A stretch of 64,000 nucleotides of DNA. It comes from Octopus vulgaris. Lineage: Eukaryota. The stretch is taken from contig OX597836.1 of NCBI GenBank assembly GCA_951406725.2, positions 1,240,001 to 1,304,000 of the forward strand, given 5' to 3'. The notes under the pieces were generated by a model. That model made no database searches, had not been told where the DNA came from, and saw only the letters and a program-made list of their open reading frames with translations. Position 1 is the stretch's first letter; each line of letters opens with the position of its first letter. Below, piece by piece: positions 11,440 through 24,148 of the stretch. Both the position numbers and the translations under genes were made by a program.

Positions 11440-11889
11440 CATGTATGTCTGTGTGTGTGTGTATGCGTGTGTGAGTATGCATGTTTGTACACAGCTACAT
11501 TAATCTCTCGAGAGGACTTAAAAAGCTTCTTTCTAGAATTAATGGTTCCCGTTTCCCATCGCTCCCTGTGCAGTCTTCAACATTTCTCTATTCAAAAAGA
11601 TTTTCCATAAGAAAATTTGCAAGCTGGTTTCTTGTACTTGTATATCATGTGCTTCGAGAACCATTATTCCGAGGAAGAAGCGCGCGCAAACACACACACA
11701 CACACACGCACACGCACACGCACATATACAAACACACACTCGCATATGTGTACGTATGCATGTATGTTTTTAATATAGAAACATATAAAATATTTTAATA
11801 ATAGAAAAGTTAACATTTTCTTCAGTAAATTTGGATTTCAGAAAAGTATATTTAAAATAAGAATGGAATTAAGGAGGGAACGGCGATGA

Positions 11890-12193
11890 ACATCCCCACC
11901 ACCACCACCATCACCACCACCATGACCACCACCACCACCAGCATGACGACAACAAGGACGACGATGACAATGGCGATGCCGGCGACGATCACCACCACCA
12001 CCACCACCACAATCACCACTATCACCTTCAACATCATCATCATCATTGTTAATAATGTGACAACTACCAGCATCCGTGTCATCAGAGTCATAATTGTCCT
12101 CATTGCCACCATCCTGCCTGTACCGTCGTCATCATCATCGTCATCGTCGTCGTCATCATCATCGTCATCGTCGTCATCATCATCATCATCGGC

Positions 12194-12271
<78 letters not shown>

Positions 12272-12360
12272 GTCATCATCATCATCATCGTCATCATCAT
12301 CATCGTGATCAGAACCATTATCATCATCATCGTTATCGTTGTCGTCATCATCATCACCAT
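11890..12360. repeat. (CAC)n/(CAT)n/(CGT)n trinucleotide tract
   Basis: Directly visible; source of the poly-D/poly-H/poly-S/poly-M ORFs. Confidence 0.95.
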
Positions 12361-12625
12361 CTTTGTCTTTGACGTCATCAGTGATGTCGTCATGCTGACA
12401 ATATCTCCAATGCATGACAGCAGCAGACTTACTCACTCGTCATCCCTTATATCCATCCTCATCTCCAAACACACCTTTGTTTCCTCTCCTCCTCCCTCCA
12501 CCAACCACTTCAGTTACTACTTTCCTCTACCCCCACCCACCCACCCACTTCGCTCCGTCACCGGAATCTCATCGGATTCTCCTTCCCTTTCTTCCCCATT
12601 TATCCTGTAATATTTCTCTCCCTGC

Positions 12626-13017
12626 AGGCGGCGAGCTGGCAGAAATGTTAGCACGCCGGGCGAACTGCTTTGCGGCATTTCGTCTGCCGTTACGTTCTGA
12701 GTTCAAATTCCGCCGAGGTCGACTTTGCCTTTCATCCTTTCAGGGTCGATAAATTAAGTGCCAGTTACGCACTGGGGTCGATATAATCGACTTAATCCGT
12801 TTGTCTGTCCTTGATTGTCCTCTCTGTGTCTAGCCCCTTGTGGGTAGTAAAGAAATAGGTATTTCGTCTGTCATTACGTTCTGAGTTCAAATTTCGCCGT
12901 TATCGACTTTTATCCTTTCGGGGTCGATAAATTAAGTACCAGTTGCCAACTGGAGTCCATCTCATCGACTGGCCCTCTCCCCTAAAATTTCAGGCCTTGT
13001 GCCTAGAGTAGAAAAAT
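12626..13017 (+). mobile_element. Dimeric/nested SINE (A-tail unit followed by the GGTATT-starting remainder of a B-tail SINE), 15-bp TSD
   Basis: Head GGCGGCGAGCTGGCAGAA; junction AAAGAAATA|GGTATT at 12857/12858. Flanked by ATATTTCTCTCCCTG at 12610-12624 and 13018-13032. Confidence 0.9.
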
Positions 13018-13377
13018 ATATTTCTCTCCCTGGATCTACTCCGCTGCACTCAAATCTCTCCTTCTAAGAGAAACTTGACGCGATTCACACTCCACTCATC
13101 CATAAAATACAGGCAATTCCACACAAATCCAACTCCATTACACACACACACACACACACCCTCACACACATACACGCACACGCACACATACATACACATG
13201 CACACAAACACTTACACACTCACTCATACACTTATGCACACGCACACAAATACATACACGCACACAGACACGTCCACACACACGCTCACACACACCCTCT
13301 CACCCACACCCACTCAACCCACACTCCAATCATCCCCACTCACCTCACACACCCACTCACCCCAACACTCGTATGTA

Positions 13378-13552
13378 TCTTTTATCTTTTGTCTTTTACG
13401 AGTTCTAGTCATTAGACTGGACAGCGGCCATGCTGGGGCTTCGACTTAAAGAATTTCTAGTTGAAGTGACCGACTCCACCTCTTCTTTTTATTAAAACTG
13501 GAGCCTTTTTTTCGCACCGTTAAGTTACAGACACGTAAACACACCAGCATGG
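13378..13552 (-). mobile_element. Old SINE 3' fragment (same family as 3890-4248)
   Basis: GCGGCCATGCTGGGGC and TAAGTTAC..ACGTAAACACACCA motifs shared with the 3890 and 55575 copies. Confidence 0.6.
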
Positions 13553-13740
13553 GTGTTTTGTTTAATATCCATAAACAACCCTTATTCAGGGGCCTTTTGA
13601 GCCTGTCTTTGTCGAATTCAAATTGAAAAATGATGAAAATTCATAATTATAGAAATTCAAATCTAAAATATGAATGAGAGCAACCAGCGTCTTCGTCTCA
13701 TCTGTTTACTTTTGTGAAGAGTTACGTCAATCCTTTTATG

Positions 13741-13784
<44 letters not shown>

Positions 13785-13786
<2 letters not shown>

Positions 13787-14225
13787 GGCAAAATCGACCC
13801 CTGCAGAATTTAAACTCAGAAGACAAATTCGGAAAAAATATTAATACTGTTCCTTTCTAATATAGGCACAAGGCCTGAAATTTTAAGGGCAGCTTGTCGG
13901 TTACATTGACCCCAGTGCGTAAATAGTATTTATTTTATGCATCCCGAAAAGATGAAAGACAAAATCAACGATGGCAGAATTTGAACTCTGAACGTAATGA
14001 CAGACGAAATATCGCTAAGCATTTTGTCCACGTTCCAACGCATCTGCCAACTCGACGCCTTTCAGAGTTTTACCCATTTTAAACACAAGGCTTGAAATTT
14101 TGGTGAAGGTGGTAAGTTGATGACATCGAACCCAGTTCTAAACTGGTGTTTATTTATTTGACATGGAAAGAATGAAAAATTAAGATGACCTCAGCAGAAT
14201 TTGAACTCAGAACGCAAAATGGGAA
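13785..14225 (-). mobile_element. Cluster of 2-3 diverged SINE copies (GAGTTCAAATT family)
   Basis: Three AATTT(G/A)AACTC motifs and two CACAAGGC.TGAAATTTT tails. Confidence 0.8.
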
Positions 14226-15082
14226 TAAACAAAGACAACAACAACAACAACAACAGCAATAATAATGACAATTGCGTCAGCAACCTCTTGGTCCTTCCGT
14301 TTGCTTTTTGGAAGCATCTTAATTCCCCCATTTCTTTCTCCTATTCTTTTCCTCTTTCCCTCTTTTTCTTCCTATGTGTCTCGAGTTTTCCTAAACTGCA
14401 GTGACACTCTGATGGGAAATTAAGAGATAAATTAATTTTACGACGGCTGAATATGATGAAGAAAGTAATGCAAATGCGAGGTGTCAACCGTCTAAATCAA
14501 TTCAATTAGCTGCCAAAATGAATTTAAAACCAGAATCAAACTCGAAACAAGCAAGTAAACATGCGAATAAACAAAGAAAAATGAAAATAAAAATAATCAT
14601 TCTACTTTATTGAAGAATTGAAACAGGATGTCGGTTTCTTTCCATCGAAGAGCTTAACTCTCGTTCTTTCTTCTATCCGACATCTAAAAAGCTTAGACAC
14701 AAAACAGGAAATGACTAAAAAATGAAATAATGAAAGAAGAAAAATAAAACAAATGAAAAGCAAACAAAAAATCCAAAATTGATCAAGAAAAAACAGCATT
14801 CAAAATGTCAGCCATGATTCACATTAAAATTTCCAACTTCCGGTATGCTACTATCTCCATTAGAAGACACCTGAAACCGACATGTATTGGAAACCACGTA
14901 CTATGAGAGATGACACTTTTATAGCAAATCAATCAGGTGAAAAATATAATATTAAGGTCAGATCAGGTAACATTTGCAAAAGAAGAAGAAAACAAAAATT
15001 ATATTTCTTTCTCGTGTTTTGTTACTTCTTTCGCTTTCGTACGTTTTCTTCTCTCAGTTTTTCTGTCTCACTTTCACTTTGC

Positions 15083-15146
<64 letters not shown>

Positions 15147-15179
15147 CTATGTACTTGTACATGTGTGCGCAAAGATAAC

Positions 15180-15255
<76 letters not shown>

Positions 15256-15457
15256 GTCTCTTTTTCTGTCTCTCTCTACATATATATGCACATGCAATTA
15301 CATGCAAATATATACACATATAGAAATTACATATTTACTTACATATAAACCACATACATGAACGCGTACCTGTAACTTATTTAACGTATAATATACATCA
15401 TATATGTATGTGTGCATGTATGTGTTCACGTACATACGCGCGCGTATTTTCAGTGTC

Positions 15458-15536
<79 letters not shown>

Positions 15537-15907
15537 GTATCTATGTATATTTTGATATAATTTCTATTTCCGATCGGAGTGGTACTTTGCTATGACGGGG
15601 TGGAGTAGTTGTATTTTCCTTAACAGGGCCCCACCCGTTACTTTTCCTTCCGTCTGCTGTCTATCTCAGAATGTATCCTGTTTAAATTACAACATGCGGA
15701 AGGCAATAGATGACGTCTTTGATGTCGTCATTTCTTAACAATAATCCTGCTCAGCACGACAACAACAACAACAGCAACAACAGCGTGAGAGTATATGCGG
15801 TTCTGTTCTGCAACCAGCAAGATGCAACACCCAGGTTCAAGTCAAATCACACCCAAGCATCTTATATGTATATATATATACATACATACAACATACACAC
15901 ACACACA

Positions 15908-15977
<70 letters not shown>

Positions 15978-16912
15978 CATATATACATATATGTATATGT
16001 GTGTGTGTGTGTTTGTAAAGAGATACCTTGGTATTGGTTGAAATGCCTCTCTTAATCTGTGTACTTCATTAAGGTAGACCTGGATCTATTGTCAAATTTG
16101 TGCTACCCCTAGGTCTAAACAGTAATACTAAATTTTAGGTACATGATAACTGCCCAAGGGCTAATCAAGAAAACGGCTGACCTTTGGCCGAACAAAAACA
16201 GTAACTACAAGTATAATCGATAGATATAGTCAATAAGGCTTGATCTGGAGGTAAATAATACCAACAATAGATGTAGGCAGGATGGTGCATGGCTGATATA
16301 GTGTTAAAAAGAACACTGAGTCTAGGGGTATTCAGACAGGGTCCTGTTGTGGTTGAACCCGAATTCATTGCAATATATAAGCAGCCATTATTTGTGAATG
16401 TTAAAACGTATTTCGTTTTCTTTTCAAAAATATTTGAACTGCTTCATGAATATATTTTAGCCAGATTAAAATGAATTACCGCTTTTACCCCTGATAGTGT
16501 AACGGGTACTTTTACCCCTGATAGTGTAACGGGTACTTATTATGTAATTTCATGAATTCTTTTTGTTAATACATTCGCAAAATTCCTCTTCGTTATTGTT
16601 TTTGATAATATAATCCGGATATCAATGAATAAGGTGTCGGAAAATCAAGTGTGATTTGGATAAGGTTTACGAGTTTGTGTCGATCAGGAAAGTTTGTATG
16701 TATGTACGAAGCTAATTGTTTTAGGGAATTTGAGATGATTCCGAATACAGCAGAGCACCAACAACAGGCGTGACGACTGTTAAGAAGTGCTTTGGTTAAT
16801 GTAATCGAATTTATGCGAGAGACTGAGATTTACTTAATTCAAGTTTGAGGTTGGTGAACGGCGTAAGAAATAAGAAAACAATTTTGATTAGCATTGTTAT
16901 ATATCTGTTTAA

Positions 16913-17125
16913 TATTTTGGCACAAGGCCAGCAATTTTGGGGGGTGGGGGTAAGTCGATTATAACGACAACACTGTTCAACTTGTTCCTATTTAATCGAG
17001 TTCAAAAGGATGTATGGAAAAGACGACCTCGCTGGAATTCGAACTTATGATGCAAAATTGAAAGAAATATGGCTATACATTTTTCTCTCTGGTGCTGTTA
17101 GCGGTTCTGTCACTTCGCCGCCTTA
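16913..17125 (-). mobile_element. Diverged SINE (GAGTTCAAATT family, old tail type)
   Basis: TTTTGGCACAAGGCCAGCAATTTT tail to TTCGCCGCCTT head. Confidence 0.8.
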
Positions 17126-17699
17126 GCATTAAAGAATATTACTAATTATACAGACACGCAATTACATCCACACACACACACATGAGTACACATTACGTAT
17201 ATATATTTATGTATGTATATGTGCATGTATATCAGTATATACGATTAGATGTATGCGTCTTTATGTGTGTGTGTGTCTCAAAGTATTCAAAAGACAGATA
17301 AAGACAGTTGACAATAAACTTCATAGGTTTCCTTTATTAGCTTTGTAATTTTGTGGGACTCAGAAAATGTCTCCTCTTTAAACGGAATCTATCAAATCCT
17401 TCCATAAGTACAGACATATGACTCTTTCTATTTTAGATAAATTGCTTTAAAACGATTGCTGACAGTCTTCAATTGGACAGGGACTGTTAATGCAGCCAGA
17501 ATCGTTGCATTAAGGCAACTCGGAAGATATTTCAAGTTAATTTCCATAGAAATGCCAAAACTACGAGCAAATATCGTATCGGAAAAAGCTATACAACACA
17601 TGAAAAGCTGTGTATCGATGCGGTATACTCATTCAACTTTACAATCCATTCCTCTCTGCAAGTATTTAGTTAATCTTTAGTCTTTGGACCCACGTTATA

Positions 17700-18340
17700 A
17701 TTTGTCGCATCCCTTAGAAAGGAGACATTTCCTACCTTGTCAACCATTAACCTATTGCATTTATTTTTAATATCACTAAAGACACGTGAGCAGCCATTAG
17801 CCACGTTGTTCTCCAATAACTTCAGTCTCTCTCATTAACGACAACTGGGATGGTTTCCATTAAAGCACTGCTACTGTTAACCTTTCAACTTTGTCATCGC
17901 AGAGTGGGCTTTTGCCTCCGGACAAATTTATTGACAACCATGTTACCACCCTCGATATCAGTAAAACTTTCGATCCTGTCTGGCATGCGAATCCCCTTCA
18001 TAACGAGTATCCCTTCTCTTTAGGTCCGGAAGATATGTCAGACCTAGAAAATGATTGTTATTCGGCAAAACGCAGGGGAATCGACAATGGAATATTGCGT
18101 TCCCATTTGTGATGGTGATGCTGTCATATCATTCTGATTCTTCGATCGCTTCTAAAATGGCATCTAATCCAAGAAATTGGCTGGATTCCTGTTATCTCCA
18201 CGCAGAGATTTCTCTCCCCCTTGGCTTCCGTTCTCTCGTCACCCTCATTGTACCCAAGCTCCCAGAGCACCATGGACTACTCTATCCGATATTTCATGCC
18301 CAGAATCCCCTCCCTGTTCATACTTCTTCCTGCAAGGTCG
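17700..18340 (+). pseudogene. Decayed CR1/Jockey-type LINE RT fragments
   Basis: P*KGD...NH*PIA, DGF, LDISKTFDPVWHA (cf. LDISKAFDRVWH), and a 3' segment HPHC...FMPRIPSLFILLP (cf. FxPRTxxLWNxLP). Confidence 0.7.
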
Positions 18341-18907
18341 AAGGCGACTATTAATGACACCAGTTTCACCATCCAGAAGGTCCTTGCTCCTGTCCCTTCC
18401 GCCAAACCCAGAAATTTAAGAAAAAATAACAAAAATCTCAAACGTAGAAAGACGCGTATATATTCGAAAATACATAAAATACGTACAGACACACAGACAC
18501 ACAGCAATATACGCTGATGCAAGCAAAAACACGTGCATACATCGACACAATCACAAAAGACAGGCGCATTCATTCGTTTATTCATTTATACATACATACA
18601 TATATATATACATACATACATATATACATACGTACACACATACATACGCACATACACAAATGCATACATACAAATATAAACGTACAGCTACACCCACGCC
18701 AATAAAAGTTGCTGTCTTTGCACGGGTGTAATTTCCGTAAAACCACTTCATCAGCTGTCATTTTAAGTAAACACATCGAAAATTCAATGACACATTAAAC
18801 ACTTGAATCGCAGACTTCTTCATAGAATCTGTGACAAGATGACTTCCATTCAGCGGAAAATTCGAGAAGGAATCTTGGCAAAAGTTCTACACACACACAC
18901 ACACACA

Positions 18908-18983
<76 letters not shown>

Positions 18984-19327
18984 TACACACTCACTTACAC
19001 ACGGTTACACACACCTACTTATGCACACATACCCATGCATACACGCTTTTAGCTTCACTTACTGCATACACATTGCATAACCGTTCTTGATTATCCGGTC
19101 CGCTTCTAAAACTCAAACTCTATTGTCCCCAACACTGCCACGAGCGCTATATCAACTACACGCTGTGAAAAATATATCATCCCCAACGCTCAGGTGATCG
19201 TAAAAACATGTTTTAATCCCCCCCCCCCTCCAATGCGACCCCAACAAGGTGCACAGAATTAAAAAAAAACATGATATTTAGTTTGCTTCATCCGGTTAGA
19301 CGTTACTTAGGTTTGCCCGATACACAT

Positions 19328-19486
19328 GACAGCCTTATTTCAGTTTCCATCTACCAAATTCACTCACAAGGCTTTTGTCGGCCCAAGGCTATAGTAGAAG
19401 ACGCTCAAGCTGCCACACAGCGGGACTGAACCCAAAATAATATGATTGTGAGGCAAGTTTCTTACAACAAAGCCACGCTTGAGCCT
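19328..19486 (-). mobile_element. SINE 5' half (family of 3890-4248)
   Basis: TTTCAGTTTCCATCTACCAAATTCACTCACAAGGCTTT...GGGACTGAACCC shared with the other copies. Confidence 0.8.
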
Positions 19487-19515
19487 ACACACAAACACAC
19501 AGACAAACACACACA

Positions 19516-19566
<51 letters not shown>

Positions 19567-19654
19567 GCACACATGTATTGACTTAAAGATTCCCGATAGA
19601 CAGTTTGAGTATTTCCCATGGGTGTGATGATCCCACCCTTGATAGATTTAGAGA

Positions 19655-20485
19655 ACAACTCATCGCTACCCTCGGGCAATTAGGTCTCAAAATTACAATA
19701 GCTAGTTGTCTGCTCATAGTTGATTTTTGAGATGTGTCCTCGTATAAGCCTCTCCGTAAGCCTAATGAGAAACTCGCCTATATACATAAACAGTATAAAT
19801 TAATATTAATCAGAATGATAATAAGAGAACTGAAACAGGCCACGGAAAACTACTTCGTTCGACCTTCCCTTTTCCTTTAATATAAAAACTAACAAGTCTC
19901 CTGTCTCTGCCAGACAAACACTTTCCAGCAACTCACAGATACAGGAAAATATATTTAATAGGCGTTCTGTGAAATTATCATATAGCTGCTGTTCCAATAT
20001 GAAGAGAGAATCATTACACGAAGTCAATTGCAAGAGGTTAAATCCAATTATAACTGTCGTTACCCAGGATCCTGTCCACTTGACCAACGATGGAGGATTA
20101 AGTATGTTGTAATTGAAGAAGTTACTGGACTGCTCGATAATAATACAACAGATCAGAAGACCTCCATTGGATTACATGATGGAGAAATTAAAAACTGCCA
20201 TACCAGTCACATGGTGTCTTTCCGACATAAGGACAAAAGCTAAGCTTCTAAGTTGGCTTGACACATGTGGTGTTTGAAAGCTAACGAAGGACCACATGTG
20301 ATTAAGTGGAAAATAATTGAAGAATCCACACCTTATGTTAACTGATCAAATAAATGTAGGATATGTTTAGCTGAAAGAGTCAGATCCTTTTTCAGATCTT
20401 TGATCCCTACCTTTCTACTGAAAGCTAGGTCTGAGATTTTTAGCGGTTTCAAGCATATAGCTAACTTTATTTTGAAGAATTGAAA
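19655..20485 (+). pseudogene. Penelope-like element remnant (RT thumb, Cys-rich linker, GIY-YIG endonuclease)
   Basis: YKPLRKPNEKLAYIHK; FD.PFSFNIKTN; DKHFPATHRYRKIFNRRSVKLSYSCCSNMK; NCRYPGSCPLDQ; SIGLHDGEIKN.HTSHMVSFRH; KLA.HMW.LK; IKWKIIEE..PY; KCRICLAE. This is the order typical of PLE ORFs. Confidence 0.85.
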
Positions 20486-20927
20486 AATTCTGCCTAAAAC
20501 TGATTAACTTGTTTTGATATCTTTCCAGCCTTATAATTTAAGGTGTAAAAGAGATAACTTTTTAACCTTTTCTTTATTTTTTACATTTTTCGGCATTTTT
20601 CGTCTTCCTCTGTGCTTTTACTCTGCTCATTTATTTTAAAATGAAATAAGTTGAGTAAGAGCACACACGAAGGCGGTAAGCGTCGCAGAAGAGGTCACAG
20701 GTGTATGACGAGAGATTTCCGGCCAATGAACATGTGTTAGAATAAGAACAGTAATAAACAAGTGAAGAACGAATATACAGTGCGTGTGTTTATTTGGCAC
20801 CCCCCCCCCCAAAAAAAAGTGACCATCCCGAAATACAACTATATCTGTTTCATCGCTTCTGATACGCTCTCTCTCCCTCTCTTTCTGTCTGTCTCTCCTC
20901 TCTCCTCTCTCAAACAACGTGTGTGTG

Positions 20928-20986
<59 letters not shown>

Positions 20987-21032
20987 AGATACATATCAAT
21001 ATATAAATATATAAGTATATATATATACGTAA

Positions 21033-21064
<32 letters not shown>

Positions 21065-22029
21065 GAATATATTGTCTCTATTGAAAGTGCGAATCGAACT
21101 CTGAGCCCGAAGTGTTATAATCACAAGATTCCACTTTGAAACTTCCCCCACTCCATCCATTCTATCTTCTTCCCAACCTCCCCCCCGACCACGTGCAAGC
21201 TTGAGACGTCACCCCCACACCCCACAGCCTCGTCCTTTCATATTTCCTCCGCCTTCTTCACCCTCGCCACACAAACCTACGATATGCTTCCAAATTTGGT
21301 AATAACAAAATTAGAGGAAAGTTTGATGACGTAAGCGATGTGGAAGCGTTGTTGCTGTTGCTGTTGTTGTTGCTATATTTGTTGTTGTTGTTTGAATGGC
21401 GGTGATGGTATTGATGGAGGGTTTTAAATAGGTTCGGGTAACGACTGAGATCGATGGAGTTCAATGGATTGATAGAGTAAGAGAGTAAAGAGCGAGAGAG
21501 AATGTACGTGTAAGCGACAACGATAGATAGGGAGAGTGAGGGAGTGTGTAAGAGAGAGAGAGAGAGAGAGAGAGGAAGAAGGAGAGACAGAAAGAAAGTG
21601 AAGGGGAGAGAGAAATTGTATAAGCAATGAAGTGGGATAAAAAAGAAAGATATAGATATGTGTTGAGAGAAAGGGAGTGATAGAAAGTGGTTATGAGAGA
21701 GACAGAAGGAAAGACAGAGAGTGAAAAGAAAGACAACAACGAGAGAAGAGAGTGAGTGGAATAGAGAGGAAGGAAGAGGATGAAAGAGAGAGAGAGAGAG
21801 AGAAGAAACAGAGAATGTGTGTGTGTGTGTGTGTGTGTGGTGGGGGGTTGCGTTTGTGTGTCGGTTTTAGAATACAGAGAGGAAAGAAACGATTTGGAGA
21901 GAGAAAAAAGAAAGTCTGGGAGATTATGGAGAAACTAGGTGCATAAGTGGTGAACGCATACAAATATGTATATATAAATGGGTGTATGAATATATGTGTA
22001 TGTATGGATGTATACATATATATATGCGC

Positions 22030-22068
<39 letters not shown>

Positions 22069-23419
22069 CTTGTGCGTGTATGTGTGTGTGTGCAAATATA
22101 TATATATATGTTTACGCATACAGGCATATACACGCATACACACCCATGCATATATGTATGTATATGATCCAGAAATCCATCCACCCATGAAAACATAAAC
22201 GACAAAATAGAAAGACGCGGTGAAAGAGGGACAAACGAGTGTTATTAATAGAATGCTCAAGGAAAATGGAAGAAGTCTTCAACGTTTCTTCCCTCGGCTC
22301 TTTTGCGGAAAGGAGAAATCAGGAGAGAAAAAGCGTGTCAGAATTAAATGGTCATTAAATGCAATTTCGCTTTTTGGAAATGGTGTCAAAACACCTGCAG
22401 TTATCTCACAACGCCCTCTAGGAGATACATGCATTTCTAGTACTTTGGCTTTCATCAGTGCCGGGTTCTTGAAAAAAGGACAAGCTTGAGATGAACGTAA
22501 GTAGGAAATATTCACTGATTGCGGGCGATCGGCAGCCAAGTTGGAATACGAATTATAGTGTCCACGCAAGCAAGGTTTGTGGAATAAAAAAAAAACTTTA
22601 TATCACTGAAAGTATGTTGCTGATAGATTTGACCTGTAAAAATGCCGTATTCACTGCGGTTTGCCATGGAGAAAATTTTAGGTTTTGGCAATTGCACAAC
22701 ACTGCTTCATTGCTGATTCGAACCTGGTGGCTGATCGCACGCAGGTCTACTGAATTTCTGTAAGGAAGCTAAGGCTTCGAAAGTCAACTCAAGGTTATGA
22801 GAGACTCTTGTAGCACACTCTAGTGAAGACAGAAAAAAGCAGGTGGAAATTTATTTGAACTTGACGGACGGTCTAGTAACGGGCATCTTGCAATGGCTGT
22901 TGCTATTTTAACACCTGTTGTGTAAATCGAGAAATTTCTCGACGGCAGACGTCTACAAAAATAACCTCTTTACGGTTTGAATATATCAGAAACCGACATA
23001 ACTGAGCTAATTTATAAGATTTGGTTATTCCACAATACACGTTCTCGAGCATACACACATACACACACACGCACACACACATACACACACATATTTCTGT
23101 CTGTCTCTCTCTCTCTCTCTCTCTCCCTCTCTACCTACCAATCTATTTGTCTGGTAGGCTGAATTAACATTCGCTTTGAACAACAGAACCGGTATTAGTT
23201 CAAGACCGTAATCTGTTTCTTACTCAAAGTAGACACATCGTTGAAAGCCTTCTAAGCTGCAGTATTTGTTTCTAGAGAAGAAATTTAATCGAAGTTGTGG
23301 CTGACTTTGTCAGAATACAGTTGACAGTGAATACTTGTTAGTATCGAAACCTCAATAGCCAGGGTGTATTTACCTATGCCACGACCTCTATTGAACGATT
23401 TTCGTCTGCTCCTGACATT

Positions 23420-23835
23420 TTTATGCATTTTTAACACTTACAGTTCTTTATCTTTGCAATCTTCCCTCCTTCACAAGCCTGGCCTTCTTACGTTCAGTAA
23501 TAGTGGTTCTGTGGCATTTTTTACATACCATGCTGCTATTTTCTTCTGCTCTAACACTGTGTTCGCATCCAAACAGTCCTCTCCCCCTCTTTTTCTTGGT
23601 ACAGACAGTCTGTCTCACTTTTTGGGTGGAGTATTCCATATCTAGTCAACAACTTCTTTGTATTTCTGTCTAAACTGTTTAGCGATTATCCCTGCTTCAC
23701 ATCTAAGGAGTGAAAACCACCCAGGTGTTTATAGCTTCAATCTTATTCCATCCGTTTAATTTCGACTTAAGAATCAGCCTCAGCCTGCGCAAGTACTTCA
23801 TCAATTTATCCATCAATTTATCCAGTTCCCATTTC
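23420..23835 (-). pseudogene. R4/Dong-clade RT C-terminal fragment abutting a (TAA)n tract
   Basis: KYLRRLRLILKSKLNGWNKIEAINTW...LHPKSETDCLY..RKRGGRGLFGCEHSVRAEENS.AWYVKNATEPLL, characteristic of R4-clade ORFs (LHPKSDVDRLYxxRKxGGRGL). Confidence 0.85.
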
Positions 23836-23845
23836 GTCGTCGTTG

Positions 23846-23847
<2 letters not shown>

Positions 23848-23903
<56 letters not shown>

Positions 23904-23915
23904 TACTACTACTAC

Positions 23916-23987
<72 letters not shown>

Positions 23988-23999
23988 TACTACTACTAC

Positions 24000-24074
<75 letters not shown>

Positions 24075-24148
24075 TACTACTATTATTATTATTATTATTA
24101 TTATTATCATGATTATTATTATTATTATCATGATCATTATTATTATTA
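23848..24148. repeat. (ATT)n tract with periodic (ACT) interruptions
   Basis: Directly visible. Confidence 0.95.

Noticed and set aside
11852-12436. 194-aa Asp-rich ORF resembling an acidic biomineralisation protein
   Set aside because: The poly-D is simply (GAT)n and all frames are open. There is no signal peptide or splice context.
22270-22312. Minus-strand GAAACGTT with upstream GAGC, like a Penelope pLTR hammerhead
   Set aside because: The CUGANGA box reads CCGCAAA and stem II cannot pair; too degenerate to call.
22409-22424. CTCF-like motif CGCCCTCTAGG
   Set aside because: A single partial match is expected by chance in 64 kb.
22425-22465. Minus-strand CTGATGA...GAAA hammerhead-like spacing
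   Set aside because: Stem II is not formed and there is no valid UH cleavage triplet or stem I.
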